12,791 bases of DNA from Candidatus Krumholzibacteriia bacterium (GTDB lineage: Bacteria > Krumholzibacteriota > Krumholzibacteriia > WVZY01). The notes under the pieces were generated by a model that was not told where the DNA came from, ran no database searches, and saw only the letters and a list, made by a program, of their open reading frames with translations. Made by a program: the position numbers and the translations under genes. Numbering within the stretch: position 1 is the stretch's first letter; each line of letters starts with the position of its first letter. Positions 1 to 8,493 of the stretch are shown here, piece after piece. The DNA is taken from contig JBHHVD010000086.1 in assembly GCA_046754105.1 (NCBI GenBank), positions 1 through 12,791 on the forward strand, written 5' to 3'.

Positions 1-1480
1 GCAGGGCACCCGCGTACAATAGCAATCCCGCTACCACGGCGGCGACCACGGCCGCAACCGGCGGCATCCTGCCTGCGAGAAGCACGCGCGCGCCGTAGAC
101 GGCGGCGGTCATCGCCGCCCCGGAGACGACGAGGTTTACCCCTGTGCGCCGCGTGACGTACCACCGGATGTGTTGCCTCGACACCCACCAGACCATCACG
201 GGATACGTCAGGTAGCTGACCAGCGTCGTCACGGCGGCCCCGTGATACCCGTACCTGGGAATGACGATGAAGTTCAGAACGATGTTCACACCCGCCGCGA
301 CGGTGACCAGGCGCAGCATCACGCCGGTTTTCTCCAGGATCTCGAGTCCCTTGTGGCCAAGCATCGACAATCCCCACGCGGCGACACCTGTGATGATAAA
401 GGGGATGATGGTATGGCCCTCGCGAAAGCCCTCCCCCAGGAGGACCGCAACGACTTCCCGGCTGAACACGGCAAGGCACACGACGACGGGCAAGACGGCG
501 AACAGGTAGTAGCGCGAGAACGTCGAGATCAGAGAGGGAATCGCCGCGCGGTTCCCCCGCTCCCAGGCGTTGATAATGATTGGATAGCACGCGGTGAGTA
601 TCGGTCCCGACACCAGCCCGAACCCCGTGCTTACCAGGTTGTAGTTGGCCGAATAGATTCCCACTTCGGAATCGTCGCGAAAGGCGGCAATGATCAAGCG
701 GTCGGAAAGCCCCAACACCTGGCTGGCAATCATCCAACCCATCATCGGCAGCCCGAACGCGGCCAGCATTTTCAGGAAGCCCGTATCGAACGCCCGGGTG
801 ACCATGCCCACGTGCCGCCAGATACCCAGCCGGGCCAGCATGGGAACGATCATCACCAGGTTCGCCACGCCGGCCGCCGCGACCAGCACCGTCACGTCGC
901 GGTTCACGTACAGTACGTACAGCAGCGCCAGCGTAAGCCGCAGCACCGAACGCGACACCTTGAGAGCCGTGTAGCCGCGCGACAACAGACTCGCCTGGTA
1001 CACGGCCCCGTAACTGACGAAGACGACCTCCGAGACGATCAAAAGCCAGGCGGGAAAAAGAAACGCGGCGTATGCGTCCACGCGGTGCCCGGCGAGTGAT
1101 TTCAGCGTGAAAAACACGGCCGTCACGGCCAGCGCCACGCCCGTGAGGACGACGGCAAGTTTGATGATGAATTCTCCGAGCCGTTGCTCGGCCCGGAACC
1201 GGGGAAGGTAGCGGAGCACGGATTGTCCGATCCAGCCCGACAGCAGCATGACGGTGATACTCGTTATCGAGATGACGAGCGCGTAGCGCCCGTACCGTAG
1301 CGAGTCGAAGAGGCGGGTAAAGATGGATACGCTCGCCACGCTGATCGCCGCCGGCACGATCGCCGCCGGGATGTAACGGAGCGTATCGGTGCGCAGCTTG
1401 CCCACAAGCTCCCCGAGCAGTCCGGCGGATCCTTCCGCCGCCTCGTCGCTCACAACCCCTTCTATCCTGTCGTCGTCCAT
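1..1480 (-). CDS. Oligosaccharide/O-antigen flippase (Wzx/RfbX-like, MOP/MATE-like superfamily), 3'-truncated by the window edge
   Basis: Translated by hand because it is absent from the ORF track (no stop inside the window). ATG at 1480 with GAGGCGGGG upstream; the frame stays open for 493 codons to the edge. Starts MDDDRIEGVV...LRTDTLRYIPAAIVPAAISVASVSIFTRLF..YGRYAL and has many hydrophobic segments. Flippase-like motifs: FGLPMMGWMIASQVLGLSDRLIIAAF..EVGIYSANY and VNIVLNFIVIPRYGYHGAAVTTLVSY. Confidence 0.88.
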   Translation of the reverse strand, partial: MDDDRIEGVVSDEAAEGSAGLLGELVGKLRTDTLRYIPAAIVPAAISVASVSIFTRLFDSLRYGRYALVISITSITVMLLSGWIGQSVLRYLPRFRAEQRLGEFIIKLAVVLTGVALAVTAVFFTLKSLAGHRVDAYAAFLFPAWLLIVSEVVFVSYGAVYQASLLSRGYTALKVSRSVLRLTLALLYVLYVNRDVTVLVAAAGVANLVMIVPMLARLGIWRHVGMVTRAFDTGFLKMLAAFGLPMMGWMIASQVLGLSDRLIIAAFRDDSEVGIYSANYNLVSTGFGLVSGPILTACYPIIINAWERGNRAAIPSLISTFSRYYLFAVLPVVVCLAVFSREVVAVLLGEGFREGHTIIPFIITGVAAWGLSMLGHKGLEILEKTGVMLRLVTVAAGVNIVLNFIVIPRYGYHGAAVTTLVSYLTYPVMVWWVSRQHIRWYVTRRTGVNLVVSGAAMTAAVYGARVLLAGRMPPVAAVVAAVVAGLLLYAGAL

Positions 1481-1513
1481 CAGCGCCCCGCCTCGAGAAA
1501 CCGCCAAATGTGG

Positions 1514-1543
1514 TTTACATATACGAGACCATTCTTGTAACCT
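1514..1543 (+). promoter_or_regulatory. Possible sigma70 promoter for the methyltransferase, in the divergent intergenic region
   Basis: TTTACA (1514-1519), 18-nt spacer, TAACCT (1538-1543), within the AT-richer gap 1481-1598 between divergent genes. Confidence 0.3.
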
Positions 1544-1598
1544 ATTCCCCGCAAATTGCAAGGGATTTTGCCTCGAACCCGGACCGGCCGCGGGCCCC

Positions 1599-2405
1599 AT
1601 GTCTCAAATCGTCAGAATATTGAAAGCATTTCGAACGCCCCGAACGGCAAGGGCGTACCTGCGGGACAAGTACTACAAGTACTATATCATCCTCAACAAC
1701 TTCGTGCGGCCTCCCAACTCCAACGGCGCCGTTGCGCCCTCGGGCCTGCCCGCGCTGAACGAGATCCGGCAGCGCGCCCGCGTTGGTACCGACGTGAGCG
1801 ACCACCTGGTAAACATGTTCGTCGAGGCGCTCGGCGCGCAGCCTTCCCTGATCGTGGAACTGGGCGTCAGAGGCGGAGAAAGCTCGTTCGTGTTCGAACG
1901 CGTGGCACGCCTTTGCAATTCCAGGCTCGTCTCGGTCGACATCGAAGACTGCGCCGACGTCGCCAACGGCGGCAGCGCGGTTTTTGTCAGGAGTGACGAC
2001 GTGGAATTCGCGGGCCGTTTCGGGAAATGGTGCGCCGAGCGTGGCATCGACCCTCGCATCGACCTGCTCTTCATCGATACCAGCCACCTCCATGGACACA
2101 CCGTGGATGAAATCAACTACTGGTTCCCGTTGCTCTCGACGCACGCAACCGTTCTCCTGCACGACACCAACCTGCGCGAGGTCTACCGCAGGAAAAATGG
2201 CAGCATGGGACGGGGCTGGGACAACGACCGTGGCGTCATCCGCGCGCTGGAAAAGTATTTCGACACGCGGTTCGATGAGACGCAAGACTTCCTGGACTTC
2301 AAGAACGGGTGGCTGATCAAGCACTACCACACCTGTAACGGCTTCACTATCCTGCGACGGGTCCTTCCCGGTCAGGCCGGCGGGGAGCACGGGTTGAGCG
2401 GATGA
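1599..2405 (+). CDS. Class I SAM-dependent methyltransferase (Methyltransf_24-like)
   Basis: ATG at 1599 (MSQIVR...) preferred over the track's start at 1389, which would overlap the flippase. Motif I LIVELGVRGGESS, motif II VSVDIED, then IDLLFIDTSHLHGHTVDE...VLLHDT. 268 aa. Confidence 0.85.
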   Translation: MSQIVRILKAFRTPRTARAYLRDKYYKYYIILNNFVRPPNSNGAVAPSGLPALNEIRQRARVGTDVSDHLVNMFVEALGAQPSLIVELGVRGGESSFVFERVARLCNSRLVSVDIEDCADVANGGSAVFVRSDDVEFAGRFGKWCAERGIDPRIDLLFIDTSHLHGHTVDEINYWFPLLSTHATVLLHDTNLREVYRRKNGSMGRGWDNDRGVIRALEKYFDTRFDETQDFLDFKNGWLIKHYHTCNGFTILRRVLPGQAGGEHGLSG

Positions 2406-3438
2406 ACATCGCGTCGCCATAGCTGAAGAAACGGTATTCCTTCTCCACCGCCTGCCGGTAACAGGCGAGCGTCTTCTCCACGCCCAGAAAAGCCCCGACC
2501 AGAACGAGCAGCGATGACTTCGGCAGGTGGAAGTTCGTAATCAAGCCGTCGACGATTGCGAAATCGAAACCGGGTCGGACGAACAGGTCCGTATCGCCGT
2601 GGCAAGTGGCTTGCCTGTCGTAGTGTTCGAAACGTCCCTGCAACGCCAGTGATTCCAGTGCTCGCGCGCTCGTCGTACCGACGGCGACGACCCGGCCGCC
2701 TTCACGCCTGACGCGCTGCAGGCTGTCGATGAGGGCCCCGTCGACCGAGAAGGTCTCGCGGTGCAGCGAGTTCTCCTCCACGACGTCGTGCGTCAGGGGC
2801 AGAAACGTCCCCAGACCCACGTGAAGCACAAGGAAATGGACGCCAACCCCTGCCCTCTCCAGCCTGGAGAGAAGTTCATCGTCAAAATGCAGCCCCGCTG
2901 TCGGCGCCGCGGCCGAGCCTTCCTCGCGCGCGTATACCGTCTGGTAGCGCTTGCGATCCAGCGCCTCGTCCGGGCGTTGAATATACGGCGGCAGGGGCAC
3001 GTGCCCGAACCCTTCGAGCACTTCGCGAACGGTATGGCCGGATTCTACCTCGATGAGCAGCTCGCGTTCACTCCTGCGCTGGACGACACGGCACAGATAG
3101 TCCGCGCCGTCACCGTGCAGCGAGGTACCCTCCGGCATCGCGCGCAGCGGCTGTCCGGTGGCGAGAAACCGCTTTTCACCCACGATGCGCAGAACGAGGA
3201 GTTCCCCGCGCCCGCCGGAAGGGCGCCGCACGAGGAGCCGCGCGGGAATGACCCGGGAGCGATTGAGCACCAGGGCGTCCCCCGCATCCAGGAAACGCGG
3301 CAACTCGCCAAAACGCGCGTGGGCCACACCTCCCGTGCCACGGTCGACTACCATCAACCGGCTCGCGGGCCGGTCGGCGAGGGGTTCTTGCGCGATGAGT
3401 GATGCGGGTAGCGAATAATCGAACGCGTCGAGGCGCAT
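2347..3438 (-). CDS. queA: S-adenosylmethionine:tRNA ribosyltransferase-isomerase QueA
   Basis: FDYSLPASLIAQEP, SRLMVVDR, GHVPLPPYI, YQTVYA, GSAAAPTAGLHF, LHVGLGTF, VAVGTT, TNFHLPKSSL, YRFFSYGDAMFI. Confidence 0.97.
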   Translation of the reverse strand: MRLDAFDYSLPASLIAQEPLADRPASRLMVVDRGTGGVAHARFGELPRFLDAGDALVLNRSRVIPARLLVRRPSGGRGELLVLRIVGEKRFLATGQPLRAMPEGTSLHGDGADYLCRVVQRRSERELLIEVESGHTVREVLEGFGHVPLPPYIQRPDEALDRKRYQTVYAREEGSAAAPTAGLHFDDELLSRLERAGVGVHFLVLHVGLGTFLPLTHDVVEENSLHRETFSVDGALIDSLQRVRREGGRVVAVGTTSARALESLALQGRFEHYDRQATCHGDTDLFVRPGFDFAIVDGLITNFHLPKSSLLVLVGAFLGVEKTLACYRQAVEKEYRFFSYGDAMFIRSTRAPRRPDREGPVAG

Positions 3439-3441
3439 GGA

Positions 3442-4467
3442 TCACAGCAGCCGCGGAGAGTCTTCCCGCGCGGTAGCGGAGATCCCGAGGTGAATCAACG
3501 CTCTCTCCGTCGCCACGCGTCCCCGCGACGTGCGTTTCAAGAAACCGGACTGGATCAGGAATGGTTCGTAGACGTCCTCGATCGTCTCGGATTCTTCGCT
3601 GACCGAGACGGCGAGCGAGCCGATACCCACCGGCCCGCCCCCGAATTTTTCCACGATGTTGACGAGAATGCGGCGGTCCATTTCGTCGAGTCCCACCTTG
3701 TCGACCTTGAGCCGGCCCAATGCGTAGTCGGCTATCTTCGCGTCGATAACACCTTCGCCCTCCACCTGGGCGAAATCACGGGTGCGTCGCAGCAGGCGGT
3801 TGGCGATACGCGGGGTACCGCGGGAACGCCGCGCTATCTCGGCCGCCCCGTCCGTGGAGATTTCAATCTCGAGTAGTCCCGCCGAGCGCAGCACGATGCG
3901 CTCGAGGTCCTGCGGCGTGTAGAAGTCCAGCCTGAACACGACGCCGAAACGGTCGCGCATGGGCGCGGTGATCATGCCGACGCGCGTCGTCGCCCCTACG
4001 AGCGTGAACGGCTCGAGACTCAGGGTGTAGTGACGCGCGTTGGGGCCCTTGTCTACGATCAACTCGCAGCGCAGCTCTTCCATCGCCTGGTAGAGGTGCT
4101 CTTCCAGAACCCGGGGCAGCCGGTGAATTTCGTCGATGAAAACGACCTGGTTCCGCTCCACGTGACTCAAGACGCCAAGCAGCTCGGCGGAATTCTGAAA
4201 AGCGGGACCCGACGTGAGCTTGATGGGAACCTCTAGTTCGTTGGCAACGATATAGGCGAGCGTGGTCTTTCCGAGCCCCGGTGGGCCGTAGAAGATCACG
4301 TGATCGAGCGCCTCCCCGCGTTCCCTTGCCGCCTGGATAAAAACCTTCAGGTTGGCCTTGAGCTCCTCCTGCCCGATGAAATCGGCGAGCCTCTTCGGCC
4401 GCAGCAGGGCTTCGCTCTTCAACTCCTCCGGGGACAACCTGGGGTTGGTCACGCGTTCCTTTGCCAC
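3442..4467 (-). CDS. ruvB: Holliday junction branch migration AAA+ ATPase RuvB
   Basis: LRPKRLADFIGQ, Walker A GPPGLGKTT, Walker B FIDEIHR, GATTR, RDRFG, RGTPRIANRLLRR, EPFLIQSGFLKRTSRGR. Start placed at GTG 4467 after GAGGAG (4471-4476); the track's TTG at 4491 is an alternative. Confidence 0.97.
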   Translation of the reverse strand: MAKERVTNPRLSPEELKSEALLRPKRLADFIGQEELKANLKVFIQAARERGEALDHVIFYGPPGLGKTTLAYIVANELEVPIKLTSGPAFQNSAELLGVLSHVERNQVVFIDEIHRLPRVLEEHLYQAMEELRCELIVDKGPNARHYTLSLEPFTLVGATTRVGMITAPMRDRFGVVFRLDFYTPQDLERIVLRSAGLLEIEISTDGAAEIARRSRGTPRIANRLLRRTRDFAQVEGEGVIDAKIADYALGRLKVDKVGLDEMDRRILVNIVEKFGGGPVGIGSLAVSVSEESETIEDVYEPFLIQSGFLKRTSRGRVATERALIHLGISATAREDSPRLL

Positions 4468-4495
4468 TGGCTCCTCGATCCTTGAAAACAACTAC

Positions 4496-5092
4496 CTAGA
4501 TGCCGGTCGCGTGTTTGAGCGCTTGTTTGACGATCGAAGACAGGCTGGACGCGTCTTGTGATTCCCAATCGACGTGCTCGAGCGCCTTTTCGGCGTTCGC
4601 GCGCGGCATGCCCAGCGTCGTCAGCGCGAGAATGGCTTCTTCCTTGACCGCGACCGCCGTCGATGGTACACCGGCGCCGGCGTCACCGGCAAGGTCTTTG
4701 AGTTTGTCTTTGAGCTCGACGGTGAGGCGCTCGGCCGTCTTGCGGCCCAACCCCGGCAGGGAGCGCAGGAAATCGTGATCGCCACCCATCACGGCCGTCA
4801 CGATGCGCTCCGCGGGATGTTCACCGAGCATGTTAATGGCTATTCTCGGGCCGACGCCCGAAACCTCGATGAGCCGCGTAAACAGCTCGCGGTCTTCCCG
4901 CCGCAGGAACCCGAAGAGCGTCAGTTGATCTTCACGCACGTGGAGATAGGTGTGAAACGACACCTCCCCCTGCGCCTGCGAGACCATTACGCGGTCCTTG
5001 TCCGGTATTTGCAACTCGAAACCGACGCCCCCCACGCTTACCACGCAGCTTGGGGCCGCCGACACCAAAAGTCCTTTCAAATAAGCGATCAT
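4496..5092 (-). CDS. ruvA: Holliday junction DNA-binding protein RuvA
   Basis: MIAYLKG...GGVGFEL, HVREDQLTLFGF, helix-hairpin-helix motifs VSGVGPRIA and LPGLGRKTAERL, C-terminal EAILALTTLG. ATG at 5092 overlaps the ruvC stop (ATGA). Confidence 0.96.
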   Translation of the reverse strand: MIAYLKGLLVSAAPSCVVSVGGVGFELQIPDKDRVMVSQAQGEVSFHTYLHVREDQLTLFGFLRREDRELFTRLIEVSGVGPRIAINMLGEHPAERIVTAVMGGDHDFLRSLPGLGRKTAERLTVELKDKLKDLAGDAGAGVPSTAVAVKEEAILALTTLGMPRANAEKALEHVDWESQDASSLSSIVKQALKHATGI

Positions 5093-5577
5093 GGCACGCT
5101 CCATTCGCGATTCTTGAACGCGTGGCACACCGCCACGGCGAGTGCGTCCGACTCGTCGTTGCTCTCGGGCGGATGTCCGAGTTCCAGTATCCTCGCAAGC
5201 ATATAGGCTACCTGACTCTTATCCGCCGCTCCGTTGCCGGTTACCGATTGTTTGACCTCGCGGGCGGAATACTCGAAAACGGGAACGTCGCGCAGGGCCG
5301 CCGCCAGGATCGCCGCTCCCCGGGCTTCCCCGAGCACCAGCGAACTCCGGGCGTTCTTGCTGTAGAAAACATCCTCGATGGCAAGGTGTGTGGGCGAGTG
5401 CTTTTCGATGACGCGTTCCAGCGCCTGAAAAATCGAGCGGAGTTTTTCATGCCGGGCGCCCGATTTCGCAAGGACGATGGCGTCCGACGCGACGTAGCTG
5501 AAGCGATCACCTTCTCCTGCGATTATTCCGTATCCCGTACAGGCGCTCCCCGGATCCACGCCAAGAATTCTGTACAT
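5089..5577 (-). CDS. ruvC: Crossover junction endodeoxyribonuclease RuvC
   Basis: ILGVDPG..TGYGII, AIEDVF, LGEARG, EYSAREVKQSVTGNGAADKSQV, DESDALAVAVCH; the catalytic acidic residues are present. Confidence 0.97.
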   Translation of the reverse strand: MYRILGVDPGSACTGYGIIAGEGDRFSYVASDAIVLAKSGARHEKLRSIFQALERVIEKHSPTHLAIEDVFYSKNARSSLVLGEARGAAILAAALRDVPVFEYSAREVKQSVTGNGAADKSQVAYMLARILELGHPPESNDESDALAVAVCHAFKNREWSVP

Positions 5578-5600
5578 GGCAACGATTCCCCCGCGTCCGG

Positions 5601-6344
5601 CTATCCTTCCTGCAGGATTTCACTCGGCACGTCGAAATTGGCGCTGACCGCCTGCACGTCCTCGAGCTCCTCGAGCGCCTCCATCAAGCGGATGATCTTG
5701 CGCGCGTCCTCCCCCTCGAGCGAGACCACGTTGGAGGGCAGGCGCCCGATGGACGCGGACTGGATCTCGATCCCCGATCCCGAGATTGCACCTCGTACCG
5801 CCTCGAAGTCGGCGGGCCCGCACGTGATCTCGAAGCCGTCGCCCTGATCGTTGACGTCCTCGGCGCCCGCGTCTATCGCGATTTCCAACAGCGTCTCCTC
5901 GTCACTCTTGTCCCTGCCGACCCAGATAATTCCCCGCTTCTCGAAAATCCACGCCACGCAACCGTTCTCACCCAGATTGCCGTTGTGCTTGGTCAGCGCG
6001 TGACGTACTTCCCCCGCGGTGCGGTTCTTGTTGTCGGTGAGCGTGTCGATCATCAGCGCGACGCCGCCCGGCCCGTACCCCTCGTAGATCACCTCTTCGT
6101 AATGCGTCCCCTCGCCGCCGCCGACCCCTTTCTTGATCGCCCGCGCGATATTATCGTGCGGCATGTTGTGGTCCTTGGCCGTCTGCACGGCGAGACGCAG
6201 CCGCGTGTTTCCACTCGGGTCCCCTCCACCCTGTCGCGCCGCGACCGTGATCTCGCGGATGAGCTTGCCGAAGAGCTTGCCGCGGGCGGCATCCTTGGCA
6301 CCCTTCTTGCGCTTGATTGTTGACCACTTGGAATGACCGGACAT
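5601..6344 (-). CDS. yebC: YebC/PmpR (TACO1) family protein
   Basis: MSGHSKWSTIKRKKG, YEGYGPGGVA, TDNKNRT, WIFEKRG, DVQAVSANF; canonical position upstream of ruvC. ATG at 6344. Confidence 0.96.
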   Translation of the reverse strand: MSGHSKWSTIKRKKGAKDAARGKLFGKLIREITVAARQGGGDPSGNTRLRLAVQTAKDHNMPHDNIARAIKKGVGGGEGTHYEEVIYEGYGPGGVALMIDTLTDNKNRTAGEVRHALTKHNGNLGENGCVAWIFEKRGIIWVGRDKSDEETLLEIAIDAGAEDVNDQGDGFEITCGPADFEAVRGAISGSGIEIQSASIGRLPSNVVSLEGEDARKIIRLMEALEELEDVQAVSANFDVPSEILQEG

Positions 6345-6357
6345 ATCCAACCCCGGG

Positions 6358-8433
6358 CTACGATTCCTGCCCCTTCTCCTTCTTGTGCTCTTCTATGATC
6401 TTCAAAGCGTTCTCGTGCGGGACGTCCTCGTAATGGGAGAACTCCCGCTTGTGGGTGCCGCGGCCCTGCGTCATCGAGCGCAGGTGGGTCGAGTACCGGT
6501 ACAGCTCCGCCAGCGGCACCTGGCACTTGACCACCGTAAACGCGCCCCGCGGCTCCATTCCCTGGATCTTGCCCCGTCGCCCGCTCAGGTCGCCCATGAC
6601 GTCACCCATGAAGTCCTCCGGCACCTTGACCTCGACATCCATGATTGGTTCGAGCAGCACCGTCTTCGCCTCCGCGGCCGCCTTCTTGAACGCCATCGAC
6701 CCGGCGACCTTGAAGGCCTGCTCGGAAGAGTCCACGTTGTGGTAGCTGCCGTCGTAGAGCGTGACTTTAACGTCCACGACCGGATAACCGGCGAGCACAC
6801 CCTCGGCCATCGTGGCCACCACCCCCTTTTCCACAGCGGGTATGAACTTGCCCGGCACTACACCGCCCACGATCGCATCTACGAACTCGAAATTCTCCCC
6901 GCGCGCGAGCGGCTCGAGCTTTAGCCACACGTCACCGTACTGTCCGCGGCCGCCCGTTTGCTTCTTGTACTTTCCCTGGGCCTGGGCGGTTTTCTTAATG
7001 GTTTCCTTGTACGGGATGCGCGGTTTCGACAGCACGACACCGACACCGTACCGCGACTTGAGGCGGCCCACGAGTATCTCGAGATGAAGTTCCCCCTGGC
7101 CGGAGATGAGAGTCTGGTGCACTTCGCCGTCCACGCGCACGTCGAACGTCGGGTCCTCTTCCTTCAAGCGGTTCAAACCGGTCCCGATCTTGTCCTCGTC
7201 CCCCTTCGCCGCCGCCGAGATCGCCGAGAAAATGGACGGTTTGGGATACACGGTCGCCGGCAGCCTCGTCTGGCTGGCCTTATCGCACAGCGTATCGCCC
7301 ACATGGGCGTTTTTGAGTTTCACCGCGGCACCGAGGTCGCCGGCAGCCATCTTGTCCGTTTCCGTGCGTTGCTTCCCCTGGAGGAAGAAGAGCTGCCCGA
7401 GACGGTCGCCGGCATTCCGCGTCGAATTGTGGATGTCACTGCCTCCGGAGAGCGTTCCCCGGTAAACGCGCAGGTAGAGCATGTCCCCGACGTGCGACTC
7501 CGAGACGTTCTTGAAAATCTTGGCCGCCGCGGGCGCTGCGGGATCGGCCTCTACGTCGGTTCCCTCCGCGTCCGCCCGCAGTCGTGCCGCGGGTGACGGC
7601 ATGAAACGCACGACGCAGTCGAGAAGCTCGGCGGCGCCCATGTTCTTCTCGGCCGACACGCAGACGAGCGGGTACGCGTCCCCGGCCAAAACGCCTGCGG
7701 CCAGCCCGCGGACCGCCTCTTCCTCGCTGAGCGTATCCGACTCGAGGTATTTTTCCATCAAGTTCTCGTCGTTCTCCGCCGCGCTCTCGAAAAGCTCGCG
7801 GCGGTACGTGGCCACCTTGTCCGCCAGCTCCGCCGGTACATCCACCGCCGTCTTCGCCCCCTGCCCGTCCGTCGAATAGCGAAACGCATTTCCACTCAAC
7901 AGATCGACTACGCCCTCGAACGAATCCCCCTGCCCGATGGGAACCTGCATCGGCAACACCTTGGCACCGAAATGCTCCTGCAGCGACTTGACGGCCGCAT
8001 CGAAATCGGCGTTTTCCTTGTCCATGCGGTTGATGCAAAAAAGCGTCGGCACATTTTTCTCTCGCAGGTACGTCCATATTTTTTCGGTACCCACCTCTAC
8101 GCCGCCGTCGGCACGGACGGCCATCACCGCCCCCTCTACCACGTCGAGTCCGGCGAGCACTTCACCGACAAAGTCCTCGTAGCCCGGTGTATCGATAACG
8201 TTGATCTTGTGTTTGTCGTGTTCGCAGAACGCCAGGGACGCCTGTATCGATATCTTGCGTTCGTGCTCTTCCGGTGCCGTGTCCATGGTGGCGTGTCCGT
8301 CTTCGACCCGGCCCATGCGGTCGATGGCTCCCGACGTGTACAACATCGCCTCGGCAAGGGTGGTCTTGCCCGTATCCTGGTGGCCGACCAGGGCAATGTT
8401 CCGGATTCTCCCCGTATCGTAGTCCTTCGCCAT
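6358..8433 (-). CDS. fusA: Elongation factor G paralog (EF-G II / EF-G2 type)
   Basis: 691 aa with a full EF-G architecture: IRNIALVGHQDTGKTT, DTPGYEDF, EEDPTF, GQGELHLE, KKQTGGRGQYG, GYPVVD, GSYHNVDSSE, LLEP, LRSMTQGRG. Not beside rpsL/rpsG/tuf, and its G-motifs diverge from canonical EF-G. Strong RBS GGAGGAG upstream. Confidence 0.93.
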   Translation of the reverse strand: MAKDYDTGRIRNIALVGHQDTGKTTLAEAMLYTSGAIDRMGRVEDGHATMDTAPEEHERKISIQASLAFCEHDKHKINVIDTPGYEDFVGEVLAGLDVVEGAVMAVRADGGVEVGTEKIWTYLREKNVPTLFCINRMDKENADFDAAVKSLQEHFGAKVLPMQVPIGQGDSFEGVVDLLSGNAFRYSTDGQGAKTAVDVPAELADKVATYRRELFESAAENDENLMEKYLESDTLSEEEAVRGLAAGVLAGDAYPLVCVSAEKNMGAAELLDCVVRFMPSPAARLRADAEGTDVEADPAAPAAAKIFKNVSESHVGDMLYLRVYRGTLSGGSDIHNSTRNAGDRLGQLFFLQGKQRTETDKMAAGDLGAAVKLKNAHVGDTLCDKASQTRLPATVYPKPSIFSAISAAAKGDEDKIGTGLNRLKEEDPTFDVRVDGEVHQTLISGQGELHLEILVGRLKSRYGVGVVLSKPRIPYKETIKKTAQAQGKYKKQTGGRGQYGDVWLKLEPLARGENFEFVDAIVGGVVPGKFIPAVEKGVVATMAEGVLAGYPVVDVKVTLYDGSYHNVDSSEQAFKVAGSMAFKKAAAEAKTVLLEPIMDVEVKVPEDFMGDVMGDLSGRRGKIQGMEPRGAFTVVKCQVPLAELYRYSTHLRSMTQGRGTHKREFSHYEDVPHENALKIIEEHKKEKGQES

Positions 8434-8493
8434 TTCTCCTCCTCTGTAACCGCCATCCCCATAGGTCGCTATTTGATAATACGTTAGTACCAG

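Noticed and set aside
170..1099. 309-aa plus-strand ORF
   Set aside because: Antisense shadow of the flippase; His/Arg/Gln-rich with no family motifs.
1389..1598. 70-aa Ser/Pro-rich N-terminal extension of the methyltransferase
   Set aside because: Overlaps the flippase start and the divergent promoter gap; ATG 1599 is more plausible.
1542..2420. 292-aa minus-strand ORF directly after queA (considered as a possible tgt substitute)
   Set aside because: Antisense to the methyltransferase, which has clear motifs; no Tgt-like sequence.
5089..5577. RuvC as a Cas, TnpB or transposase-associated nuclease
   Set aside because: Stand-alone cellular RuvC in the ruvCAB operon; no repeats, array or transposon ends in the window.
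6358..8433. TetM/TetO ribosomal protection protein or canonical str-operon EF-G
   Set aside because: Retains EF-G domain IV signatures (QTGGRGQYG, YHxVDSS), so not TetM/TetO; the divergent G-motifs and missing rpsL/rpsG/tuf context argue against canonical EF-G I.
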